DNA from: Octopus sinensis
Lineage: Eukaryota
Assembly: GCF_006345805.1 (NCBI RefSeq)
Contig: NC_043021.1
Span: 9,424,001 to 9,488,000, forward strand
Reading direction: 5' to 3'
DNA: 64,000 nt
Both the position numbers and the translations under genes were made by a program. The notes under the pieces are model-generated. The model searched no databases. It was not told where the DNA came from and was given only the letters and a program-made list of their open reading frames with translations. Below are positions 12,461 through 23,080 of the stretch, piece after piece; within the stretch, counting starts at the first letter, position 1; every line of letters begins with the position of its first letter.

Positions 12461-14774
12461 ACAATCAACAAATGACAAAGAAATGCAGGTAGTTGATGAT
12501 GATGTAAGGGTGGTTGTGGGTGAGGAAGTATTAGGGGAGAGTATGAGAGGCGTTGAAAGAGAGAGGGAAAGATTGAAGGAACAGTGTAATAGCAGCAGCA
12601 ACTTACCATCTTCGGAACCAGTCAAAATGATAGGCAACTCTGGATGAAATGCAACAGCTGAAAGATTCTGGGCATGACCCTCCAGGGTCTGTACACAAGT
12701 TTTGTTCTAGAAAAAAACAGAAAGAAAGATTCCAAGTGTTAGAAAGGTCACACGACAGCAGCGTTATGTACCTGAAAAGAGAGGTCGCATTTGGCAGAAT
12801 TCATAAACAAACAATAGCCTTAAGTTCAACTTGCATACACTACAGCAGTGCTTTTCAAACTTTTTGCTGGAGCGGAACCCCAAGGAAACATTCCACTGGC
12901 TCGAGGAACCCCTGTGCAATAATTTAATAGTCTTATGCAAACATACCTGCAAAGGAGAATTAAAAATTACTGCCGATTTTAGCAGTTTTGTAACTTCTTG
13001 CGGAACCCCTGTACTGTACTGGCGGAACCCTAAGGTTCCACGGAACCCAGGTTGAAAACCACTGCACTACACTATCATATTTTTGCACTATATGATCACT
13101 ACCTTACATAGTAGAAAAAAACCCTAAGTAGGGGTGAGGATGGCATAAAGCCTTTAGAAGTGTTCATGGGAGACAACCAAAGGATGACAAAGGATAGGGA
13201 CTTCTGGTACAGGTGGAGGGGATGGGAGGGCGGGCATACTGCGAACGAGAGCATCTTCTGGATATGTATCCTTTCGGCAGAGGTATTAAGAATCGAGTAA
13301 GGGAATCCGAGTGCCTGTTCTAGTTTATATAGGGTAGAAGAAGTCTTGGCGAGGCGAGTGGTAATCGAAAGATAGAGAGAGAGAGAGACAGACACAGACA
13401 GAGTGAGGTCAAGAGAGAGAGTGAGCCAGAGAGAAAGAGAGGGGGTGGTGGTCAGAACACAAGGGAGAAAAATATTCTTTTGGGATTTGTGTGGCATAAT
13501 TTAATGAGACAGCAAATGTAGATAATAGTAAAATAGAACTGAAAAATCTGAGAGCCACTCTAAGACAAAATTAGAGAAATGAGTGACTGTGTGATAAACT
13601 TTAATAGATGAATGAATGAATATGTTGCAGTTAAGGAAATGCGTGAACTAAGGCTATCTTAAGGCAACAACAAGGAAGATGCGTATATATATATATATAT
13701 ATATATATACACGTATATATACATATTCTGTTGTGTCTGGGGAGAGTCATTTTCTTTTTGTGCCTTATATATACATATACGTATATATACATATATATAT
13801 ATATATACACACACACATATATATATATACACACATATATATACACACACATATATATACACACAGATATATATACACACACATATATATACACACACAT
13901 ATATATACACACACACATATATATACACATATATATATATACGTATATATACATATATATATACAGACATACGTATATATACATATATATATACACACAT
14001 ACGTATATATATATACACACATGTATATACATATGTGTGTATGTGTGTGTATGTATATATATATATATATATATACATACACATATAAATTTAATAACCA
14101 TCACTGTAATCAACTGTAATTATCAAAAGCTGTGATGGTGTATCTGTTATAATAACATTATTTTCATTGCTATTAGGCCAGGCCAAAGACTGGCAGAATC
14201 GGTTGACCGTTAAATAAAATGCTCCAATGGCATTTAGTTAAGTGCCAACTTCAAATTCCATCCAAGCCAACTTTGCCCTCCCTCCAACAAAGCTTTGCAT
14301 TAAAGACTTCTCTGGTAGTCCCAGATCTTGACCTTTTGTATAAGTGACTTTACCTGATAGTCCCAGATCTTGACCAGTCTGTCATCAGCTCCAGATATCA
14401 GATACGGTTTATCGCCACCGGAATAATAGTCTACACAGTTGACTCCTTTCTCGTGACCCTCCAAGGTAAAATTTGGTGTTGACGATCCCAGCTGCCACAC
14501 CTACAAAGAAAGCAAACAAGAAAAATATAAGCAAAGATATCAACATTATTTATTATTTATTTTTTACTGGTTTCAGTCATTTGACTGTGGCCATGCTGGA
14601 GTAATGCCTTTAGTTGAACAAATCGACCCCAGGACTTATTCTTTTTAAGTACTTAATTCTGTTGGCCGCTTTTGCTGAACCACTAAGTTATGGGGATATA
14701 AACACACCAACATCGGTTGTCAAGTGATGGTGGTGGTGGTGGTGGACAAACACACACAAACATATACATGTGTG

Positions 14775-14805
<31 letters not shown>

Positions 14806-17416
14806 CACACACATATATATACACAACAGGCTTCTTTCAGTGTCCGTCTACCAAATCCACTCACAAGGCTTTGGTTGGTCCGAGGCTATAGTAGAAGACA
14901 CTTGCTCAAGGTGCCATGCAGTGGGACTGAACCCGGAACCATGTGGTTGGGAAGCAAGCTTCTAACTACAGAGCCACACCTGTGCCTATTTTTCTTTTTT
15001 TTATAGATTTATTTTTTCCATTCTAGCATAGGTAAGAAGGTAAGATGGGGGCTTCTGCTATGGCCTCGGGCCGACCAAAGCCTCGTGAGTTGGATTTGGT
15101 AGATGGAAACTGAAAGAAGCTCATCATATATATATATGTGCATGTGTGTGTGTGTGTGTCTTTGTATCTCTGTTGAAAACTGGTGTTAGTGTGTTTACGC
15201 CCATTTTAACTTAGCGGTTTGGCAAAAGAGACCAATAGAATAAGTAACAGGCTTAGAAAAAAAGTAAAAACAAAAGTACTGGGGTTGATTCATTCAACCA
15301 AAATTCTTCAAGGTTATGCCCCAGCATGGCCACAGTCTAATGACTGAAACAAGTAAAAGATAAAAGATAGGAATGCTGGATTAGGACTGGCATCAGGTTA
15401 AACAACAACAAAAGCTACAAGAACAATATCACATGTGGTGATACACACACACACACACACACAACATGTTGGGCAATGGGCATTAAGGAGATGGCGAGAG
15501 GTAGGTGGATGGTATGTTGGTTGACCTACCTTAACAGTTCTGTCAAGGGAAGCACTGGCGAATGTGTTATTGTCCTTAGGGTTAATGACAATTTGCATGA
15601 CGTAGTGGGTATGTCCCTCAAATACCTGGGTACATGCCCATTTTTTCTCCCAGTCCCACAGCTTGATTAACATGTCATCTGGAATAGAGAAAGAACATCA
15701 TTAATTGTTATGATTAGAGATGATGGGTGGTGGGTGATGTGGAGGCGGAGAATGGTAATGAGGGAGATAGTAGAGAGAAGGTGGCAGTGGTGGTGGTGGA
15801 GAGAGCAGTAGCGGTGGTGAGGTAGTGATACAGGTAGTTCATTCATCATCATCATTCTTATCATTTGGTAACCATTTTCCATGCTGGCATGGGTTGGATG
15901 GTTTGACAGGAACTGGCAAGGCCAGGGCCCACACCAAGTTCCATAGTTCGTTTTGGCATGGTTTCTACAGCTAGATGCCCTTCCTGATGCCAACCAGTTT
16001 ACAGAATGCACTGGGTGGTTTTTATGTGGCACAAACACCAGTGCTTTTTTTCATGGCACCAGCACTTTTTACATGTAACCAGTGCTTTTTACATGGCACT
16101 AACCCCAGTGCTTTTTATGTGGCACCAGCATCAGAGCTTTTTACGTGACACCAGCTCCAGTTCTTTTTATGTGGCACGTGCCACAGTGTTTTTTTTTACA
16201 AGGCATCAGCACTAGTACTTTTTAAGTGGTATCAAAACCAGTGCTTTTTACATGGCACTAACCCCAGTGCTTTTTATGTGGCATCAGCATTCACCCCAAT
16301 GTTTACTATCCTTCCATGTCTGAATGAGGAAACAGATGGATGAATGTTAACATCATCCTCATCGTGGGCATTTGCTGAGGCAGGTTTTCTACAACTGGAT
16401 GCTCTTCCTGTTGCAAATCCCTCACCTGTTTCCAAGTAATATTTCTTCCATAACCAGACATGCTCATGGAAGATATGTGTGTGTGCCTGTGTTTATCCCC
16501 CCCCCCCAAACATCGCTTGACAACCGATGCTGGTGTGTTTACGTCCGCGTAACTTAGCGGTTCGGCAAAAGAGACCGATAGAATAAGTACTAGGCTTCCA
16601 AAGAGTAAGTCCCGGGGTTGATTTGTTCGACTTAAAGGTGGTGCTCCAGCATGGCCGCAGTCAAATGACTGAAACAAGAAAAAAGAGTAATTGCCCTCAG
16701 AGCATGACATACATATTTGGCTCACAATGAAAGAATGAAAGGCATGTTCAAGGAAATATGGGAAAACAGCGTTAGAGAAGGGGACGGTAGAGTATGAAAT
16801 GGTGGTAGGTCATAAATTTGGTTTGTGGAGTGGGGGAGGAGGTAGGCAGGTGTTTGTCATGATCTGGTCTGCATCTACTCACCGCTGCTTGTCAGGATGT
16901 ATGGTTGAGTGGGATGTACTGCGATGGTACGAACATAGTCCGAATGTGCTTCAAACTGAAACACTCTCTCCAATGTGTTGTAGTTGAAAACACGGATATG
17001 CATGTCATCCTGAAAAATGAAAACCAGAAAAGAGATTAGCGTTCCAACCAACTCCACTTTGTGACAATCCCACACCCTAAACCATGTTTAGGTTTGCTGC
17101 TTGGAATTTAGCAAGAATTCATATAACGAACGGGCATATGGCGTAGTGGTTAAGAGCGCGGGCTACTAACCCAAAGATTCTGAGTTCAAGCAGTGACCTG
17201 AATAATAATAATTATAAGAATACCTTAGGAATGAGAACCCAGGTTCGAAATTTCCCCAAGACACCTGAAGAAGGCTGAAGGGTATATCAGCCGAAACGTT
17301 GTGTTAACAACAAATAAGATGAGGGCAAATATCCGTCAAATGTAAATAATGTAAATAATGTAAATAATTCCTCATCTCTTGTGAGTGGATTTGGTAGATG
17401 GAAACTGAAAGAAGCC

Positions 17417-17460
<44 letters not shown>

Positions 17461-18169
17461 GTATGTGTATATGTGTGTGTATATGTTTGCCACCCACCCA
17501 ACATCGCTTGACAACCGATACTGGTGTGTTTACGTCCCCGTAACTTAGCGGTTCGGCAAAAGAGACCAATAGAATAAGTACTAGGCTTACAAAGAAAAAG
17601 TCTTGGGGCCGATGAGCTCGACTAAAGGTGGTGCTCCAGCATGGCCACAGTCAAATGACTAAAAGAATATATATATATATATATATAGGTGCAGGAGTGG
17701 CTGTGTGGTAAGTAGCTTGCTAACCAACCACATGGTTCCGGGTTCAGTCCCACGGCATGGCATCTTGGGCAAGTGTCTTCCGCTATAGCCCCGGGCCGAC
17801 CAATGCCTCGTGAGTGGATTTGGTAGACAGAAACTGAAAGAAGCCTGTTGTATATATGTATATATATATGTATGCGTGTGTGTGTTTGTGCGTCTGTGTT
17901 TGTCGCCCTAGCATTGCTTGACAACCGATGCTGGTGTGCGTCTGTGTTTGTCGCCCTAGCATTGCTTGACAACCGATGCTGGTGTGTTTACGTTCCCGTC
18001 ACTTAGCGGTTCGGCAAAAGAGACCGATAGAATAAGTACTGGGCTTCCAAAGAATAAGTCCCAGGGTTGATTTGCTCGACTAAAGGTGGTGCTCCAGCAT
18101 GGCCGCAGTCAAATGACTGAAACAAGTAAAAGAGTAAAGAGTATATATATATATATATATATATATGTG

Positions 18170-18208
<39 letters not shown>

Positions 18209-21200
18209 TATATATATACACACACACAAATGGTAAGAAACTGTCAATAAACAGATTTATCATGAAACAATAATACCCTGTGGCATTTATTTGGTCCACA
18301 TTACACAGACACTCCCAAGTTATTCTCTTGCCATTAGATGTTCATGAAATTTCTAATAAAACCCTAACCCCGCAAAAATAACTTGAACAATGATACTTAC
18401 AGATCCTGTAATAATCCAGTTCTTGCGGGACACAAACCTTGCAGCTCGCACGGGAAGATCACAGATTTCAAAAGATTTAATCAGTTGCTGCAAAAGACAA
18501 ACAAAATAAAATAAAATAAATTAACGAGAATGATACAGGTATAGCAGTATAGTTTGATAAGTTCATTTAGCAACAATGTGACCCTGGGTTCCATCCCAGT
18601 GTGGGACACCCTGAATATCAGTAACTCTTGTCTCAAGTTGAATGGTGCCTTGCAAATGGTATTTGACAGAAGGAAACTCTTCAGAAGCCTGTTTTATATA
18701 TATATATATATATATTGTGTGTGTGTGTATGAGAATGCAAAGTAAGAGTGGTATTATCTCAGAGTAGTGCCCAGATGGATGAGAGCTTAAAATCTGACTT
18801 CTTCATCCAGGGCTATTGCCCCAATGTTGAAAGTAGGCTATAAAAACAAGCCTCATTGAGATGTAATGGAGGTAGAAAGGCAGATAAACACATCATTATT
18901 GTTTAATGTCCGCTTTCCACGGTTTATGTTGTAACCACATAAATACATAAATGCCTATGACATCATAGGTGTGTGTAATAACGTAGGTTCCAATGGATTT
19001 GTTAGGCAAAGCCAGATCACCCTCCAGGTGTGTGTGCCTCAGTAAGGGGGCAGCTGATAAATCAGTGCAGCAAACAAGTACTTTATTAGTTTGAGTAACT
19101 TAGCCATTTGTGAAAAAAAAAAAAAGACCTTAGTAAAGTAAGTAAAGTACTCGACTTCATCAAAATCAACAAGAAAACTTTTGATGGTAGAATCCAAGCA
19201 TGGCCACAACCAATAAATGGTTATATTATATCTTTAATCTCAGTGCGGAAGTGGAAGATCAAAAACTGATATACGTAAAGTGAATAAAGTGAGTATCCAG
19301 TAGGAACTGAACCTGCATCAGCAAACTGACATCCTTGGTGCATTAACACAAATAGAGAGACATGCAAATCCTTTCCTAGAGAAATCTTACCTGTGATTCT
19401 AGATTCCAAATATGAACATTGCCGTTGTACAGGCTGGCCAACATCCATGGCTCCGATGAGTGTAAGTCTACACATTTCACACGATCAGACCGTGCTGACA
19501 ACTTCCTCTTTATATCCAAACGAAGCGGCTGTTTGAAAGATTAAATATAAAGGAAACATGATGAGAAATTAAAATATAAAACAAGAGAGAATTTGAAACA
19601 AATTTTTATGAATTCAGAAATACAATCTTTTGTAGGTTCAGGGTGGTTTGATAGATGATGATGATGATGATGATAATGGCTGAAGGAAGATTGCTTGCTA
19701 ATAGTTCTGTGGGGTTCAGAGGCTGATGAAGGTGATGGCAGAGGAAGAAAGGGCATTGCTAATAGCAATGAGGGATTATGGTCAATGGAAGTCATCATCA
19801 TCATCATCATTTAATGTCCACTTTCCATGCTGGCATGGGTAAGACAGTTTGACTGGAATTGGTAAGCCGCAGAGCTGCACCAAGTCCCAATCTGATCTGG
19901 CAGTGTTTCTACAGCTGGATGCCCTTCCTAACGCCAACCACTCCATGAGTGTAGTGGGTGCTTTTTATGTGCCATTGGCACAGATGCCAAGGGAGGCTGG
20001 CAGCATCCACAATCGGTTGGTGCTATTTACGTGCCACCAACACGGAAGCCAGTCAAGGTGACGCTCGCATCGGCCACGTTCGGATGGTGCTTTTTATGTG
20101 CCACCGGCACAAGTATCACAACTACTATTTCCATTTGATTTTTATTTTGATGTTGATGTACTTAACTCAATAGGTCTCCTCCAGCACAGCAGGTCGCCCT
20201 ACGATCCAAGGTAAGCACAGCAGGCCGTCCTGCAATCCAAGGTACTTTGGATGGGCTGGGGCTGCTATGTGAAGCTGGTGCTGGAAACAGCCATGAACTT
20301 ACAATTACTGTAGGCAATGCCAATTTCACTTTGAGGCCTTTCGATTCCATGTTTGGAATTTCCTTCCTGATTCTACTACACCTTCAGCTACAGGTGATAG
20401 GTCACCAGCTCTTATATACAGGTGAGTCAAAAGTCATGCACCAAAACATTTGACATTTTATTTACATTACATTATTATCAATATCATATTATTCATAGGT
20501 GTAGGAGTGGCTGTGTGGTAAGTAGCTTCTTTACCAACCACAGGGTTCCGGGTTCAGTCCCACTGCATGGCACCTTGGGCAAGTGTCTTCTACTATAGCC
20601 TCGGGCTGACCAAAGTCTTATGAGTGGATTTGGTAGACGGAAACTGAAAGAAGCCCGTCGTATATATATATATATATATATATATGTTTGTGTATCTGTG
20701 TTTGTCCCCCCCAACATCGCTTGACAACCGATGCTGGTGTGTTTACATCCGTGTAACTTAGCGGTTTGGCAAAAGAGACCGATAGAATAAGTACTAGGCT
20801 TACAAAGAATAAGTCCTGGGGTCGATTTGCTCGACTAAAGGTGGTGCTCCAGCATGGTCGCAGTCAAATGACTGAAACAAGTAAAAGAGATTCCTTTTGT
20901 TCCTCATATATGGATACATGTATTCATCATTATTTTATTTATTTGATTCAGTTTTAGAAAAACTGAAGCATGTCTGACAATTCTGGAGTGTACTGAACTC
21001 ATTTTGTGCGTGACTTTTGGCCCATCCTGTACATATGGCATTGTGATTAAGGAGTTTATTTCACAGCTGTTTTATTTCCTGTTTAGTCCCACTGCACAGT
21101 ACCTTGGACATTTTCTACAATAGCTAGGCCTTGATTTGGTACAAGGAAACTGAAAGAAGCCCCTCATATGTGTGTGTGCATATTTCCTTGTCTTGGCATA

Positions 21201-22566
21201 GAACTCCAGAGCAAACAAATGTCACTACAGCACAAGTTGCGATGTCTGTTTGCAATCTTCTGTTAAAACATATCTGGCCATTCTGTTGTCTATGTTCAAA
21301 GGACTGGTGGTGGTGGTGGTGGTAGGAATATTACCATGCTGGGAAACAGGTGGAGGTTATTAGCAATAGGGAATGTGGATAGAGGCACGAATTTGGACAA
21401 GGACTAATAAAAAAAAAAGTACATTAAATATCATACAAGGTAAATTCTTGATTAATTGATACAATCTTCACTTCAAGAGAAAGTAAACAAATGCCTGGTG
21501 GTAATTATAGGAGAAGGAGAGACAATGTCAGGAATCAAGATTACTCTGGAATTAAAATATCAATGAGAAAAAGATTATCGATTTTTGGAGGTGGGACGGG
21601 AGGAGATACAGAGGCAGCTGGATACATGTTTCTCCCTCAATAGGCGCCATCGGCACAGCAGTTGTCCTACTTTGACTCCACCGGACATAAGACTTATATG
21701 CAAAAAGAGTAACGATTAACCACATTGAAATAAAAATGAGTCACAACAGACGCAGTATGGCCGAATGGTTACAAAGTTCGCTTTTCAACAAGACCACAGT
21801 TTGAGTCTTTTGTGAGGCATCTTGGACAAATAAGGGTTTTTTTTTTTTTTTCTGTTTTAAGAATTACCTCGAGTTGACTCGTAACGGGAAGCTCGTCGAC
21901 TGTACCTCTAACTGAAAAGGCCCAACTCTGTCGTCGCGCTGATTCTTTAAGGATACTAAGGATATATGTGTTTACGGAATACTCAGTCACTTATTTAATA
22001 AGGGCAATGTTTCAATATGACTCGCAGAAAGTCAAAACGAAAGACTGCCTTAAGTATGGTAGACCAGCTGATCGAAACATTGTGATTAAGGAGTTTATTA
22101 CAGAGCTGTGGTTAAGAATTTCCATCATGAACGGAAATTCTGATCGGGACCTATTTTTTTAATAAACACACACGCAAGCCGAATTAACAACATTAAATGG
22201 AAACTTTGCAAACTCCGTCAAATAGCCTAATGGTCAGGGTTGCAGACATCCAGTCAAAAGGTCGGCAGTTCGAAAGCCTGTCCGTAAGTCTGCGTTGTGT
22301 CAGTGATCAAGACAAATTAACTTTGGAAATGGCCCAGCCCATGTTTCTTAAGACAGGTGCCAAATTCAATACATTCTGATGGGGAATATTGAACTCCACA
22401 CGAAGACAATTGTAAACCACTTTCGTAACCTAATTAGAAAACTTTTTCTAGATACTGATGTTCGATAAAAACCCCCCACCAAAGAACAGATTTGACATGA
22501 CGATTCCATATATACTTTCTATGACACACACACACATTATATATATATATATATATGTGTATGTAT

Positions 22567-22620
<54 letters not shown>

Positions 22621-22901
22621 CATACATACACAACGGGTGTAAGCGATACATAAACTCATAGACAACCTATATAATCACACTATTTCCTTGGTTTGAGAGC
22701 TTGAAATATTACAATAGTACCAGTTTAATATTATTAGTATTATACATGTGCGTATGTATTGTGTTCTAAGGCAACATCCACTTTGAATGGTGATAAATAT
22801 TAACCTTTTTCACCAGGAAAAAGAAATACATATATACACATATATACATATGCATGTGTGTACAAGATTAAAGCGTAAGATTAAACTACTATACTCACCA
22901 T
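51..22901 (-). CDS. COPB2: Coatomer subunit beta' (COPI), 16 coding exons in window, 3' part runs off the left edge
   Basis: Spliced translation [24 protein letters not shown]...[13 protein letters not shown] matches the beta'-COP WD40 plus solenoid sequence. All 15 introns are GT-AG with consistent phases; 2210 coding nt in the window. Confidence 0.99.
297..556 (-). mobile_element. SINE/LINE-tail family C ending in (GAT)n (representative copy)
   Basis: Minus strand ends ..catggaaaacggacgctaaat(gat)n, an RTE-like tail. Other copies at 5050-5300, 15840-16300, 19790-20110, 28285-28680, 30870-31270 (opposite strand), 36900-37030, 47205-47630. Confidence 0.85.
769..909. mobile_element. Mariner-type MITE
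   Basis: Perfect 21-bp TIR aggttgtcccaaaagttcgta (771-791 / 887-907), TA on both flanks. Confidence 0.8.
2006..2116 (-). CDS. COPB2: COPB2 exon 15 (111 nt)
   Basis: [37 protein letters not shown]; gcag/gtgag. Confidence 0.98.
2544..2789 (+). pseudogene. GC-rich insert resembling a fragment of the 28S rRNA D2 expansion segment
   Basis: 156/240 G+C counted over 2551-2790 in an AT-rich intron. The motif TGCACTTCCCC..CCGCGACCCGTTCC resembles my recollection of the conserved metazoan D2 core. Several internal stems. Confidence 0.55.
3200..3407 (-). CDS. COPB2: COPB2 exon 14 (208 nt)
   Basis: [69 protein letters not shown]; ttag/gtcagt. Confidence 0.98.
3666..3885. mobile_element. piggyBac-type MITE
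   Basis: TTAA-CCCTTTAGCATTCA ... TGAACACTAAAGGG-TTAA; partial relatives near 4020, 4560-4650, 10040-10250 and 44510-44690. Confidence 0.75.
4686..4816 (-). CDS. COPB2: COPB2 exon 13 (131 nt)
   Basis: [43 protein letters not shown]; aaag/gtaag. Confidence 0.98.
6242..6385 (-). CDS. COPB2: COPB2 exon 12 (144 nt)
   Basis: [48 protein letters not shown]; ttag/gtaagt. Confidence 0.98.
6607..6913 (-). mobile_element. tRNA-derived SINE family D with perfect 16-bp TSD
   Basis: A box TGGCCCAGTGG and B box CTTCGATTCCC on the minus strand; TSD agagagaaattatata at 6591-6606 / 6914-6929. Relatives at 26862-27120, 47860-48156(-), 58210-58690, 61975-62270. Confidence 0.9.
7108..7214 (-). CDS. COPB2: COPB2 exon 11 (107 nt)
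   Basis: [35 protein letters not shown]; ccag/gtgagt. Confidence 0.98.
7463..7662 (-). CDS. COPB2: COPB2 exon 10 (200 nt)
   Basis: [66 protein letters not shown]; acag/gtcagt. Confidence 0.98.
7717..8114 (+). mobile_element. Non-autonomous Helitron-like element
   Basis: A|TC start, CTAG|T end, subterminal GC-rich cgccaggcg; no TSD. Confidence 0.7.
8878..9260 (+). mobile_element. Non-autonomous Helitron-like element, same 3' end as 7717-8114
   Basis: A|TC start, ...gagcaacgccgggcgatactgCTAG|T end. Confidence 0.7.
9666..9865 (-). CDS. COPB2: COPB2 exon 9 (200 nt)
   Basis: [66 protein letters not shown]; acceptor preceded by a pure T26 tract. Confidence 0.98.
10850..10992 (-). CDS. COPB2: COPB2 exon 8 (143 nt)
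   Basis: [47 protein letters not shown]; ctag/gtaag. Confidence 0.98.
12607..12706 (-). CDS. COPB2: COPB2 exon 7 (100 nt)
   Basis: [33 protein letters not shown]; ctag/gtaagt. Confidence 0.98.
12846..13064. mobile_element. hAT-type MITE
   Basis: TIR cagtgcttttcaaac / ggttgaaaaccactg; 8-bp TSD cactacag / cactacac. Confidence 0.8.
13140..13365 (-). mobile_element. Possible decayed LINE ORF2 fragment (post-RT region)
   Basis: [35 protein letters not shown] resembles the K..P.HPLH motif of I/Jockey-group LINEs. Confidence 0.35.
13681..14090. repeat. Compound (TA)n/(CA)n microsatellite; similar tracts at 37760-38095, 38590-38800, 39015-39225, 48590-48750
   Basis: Directly visible; source of the spurious YI/HT-rich ORFs in the ORF track. 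Confidence 0.95.
14354..14500 (-). CDS. COPB2: COPB2 exon 6 (147 nt)
   Basis: [49 protein letters not shown]; gtag/gtaaag. Confidence 0.98.
15530..15678 (-). CDS. COPB2: COPB2 exon 5 (149 nt)
   Basis: [49 protein letters not shown]; ccag/gtagg. Confidence 0.98.
16883..17009 (-). CDS. COPB2: COPB2 exon 4 (127 nt)
   Basis: [42 protein letters not shown]; ttcag/gtgagt. Confidence 0.98.
17132..17367 (+). mobile_element. tRNA-headed SINE carrying a minimal hammerhead motif
   Basis: A box TGGCGTAGTGG 17139-49, B-like GAGTTCAAGC 17182-91, hammerhead 17260-17305, (TGTAAATAA)3 tail. Confidence 0.75.
18401..18487 (-). CDS. COPB2: COPB2 exon 3 (87 nt)
   Basis: [29 protein letters not shown]; tgcag/gtaagt. 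Confidence 0.98.
19391..19528 (-). CDS. COPB2: COPB2 exon 2 (138 nt)
   Basis: [46 protein letters not shown]; ag/gtaag boundaries. Confidence 0.98.
20498..20889 (+). mobile_element. SINE family A (representative copy; about 20 full or partial copies in window)
   Basis: tRNA-like head GGCTGTGTGGTAAG..GGTTCAGTCCC, internal (TA/TG)n, tail ..GACTGAAACAAGTAAAAGAG. Other copies include 1437-1795, 4090-4460, 11213-11570(-), 14565-14990(-), 17688-18135, 31285-31675, 33168-33540(-), 49478-49840, 62890-63230. Confidence 0.9.
22899..22901 (-). CDS. COPB2: COPB2 exon 1 coding part (ATG only)
   Basis: Minus strand reads ctaaataATG|gtgagtat. Exon 2 starts at Pro2 in phase 0, so the Met must be the last codon of the upstream exon. 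Confidence 0.85.
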
Positions 22902-23066
22902 TATTTAGTGTATAAGACGGGAGCCAGAGTGTACGGAAGGTATGCAATATACTTATATGTTGATATATATATATATATATATTATAGTTGCGAGAGATAT
23001 ATTTCTAAAAGTATAAGTTAGCTGTGGAGTTGTCACTCCACCCTACGTGGCTATTATGACTCTAGA

Positions 23067-23080
23067 CCGGAACAGGAAGT
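23067..23080. promoter_or_regulatory. Tandem ETS-type sites (CCGGAA + CAGGAAGT) in the probable COPB2 promoter
   Basis: ccggaacaggaagt lies about 170 bp upstream of the ATG; paired ETS/GABP-like motifs are typical of housekeeping promoters. The transcription start was not determined. Confidence 0.45.

Noticed and set aside
13631-14135. ORFs of 100-160 aa rich in YI/HT/CV (also 37675-38891, 42457-43547, 48371-49296, 25104-25706)
   Set aside because: Translations of stop-free microsatellites.
17132-17195. Functional tRNA genes at SINE heads (also 6850-6913, 26862-26930, 61975-62050)
   Set aside because: A/B boxes are present, but there is no acceptor stem or CCA end, and they run directly into SINE bodies.
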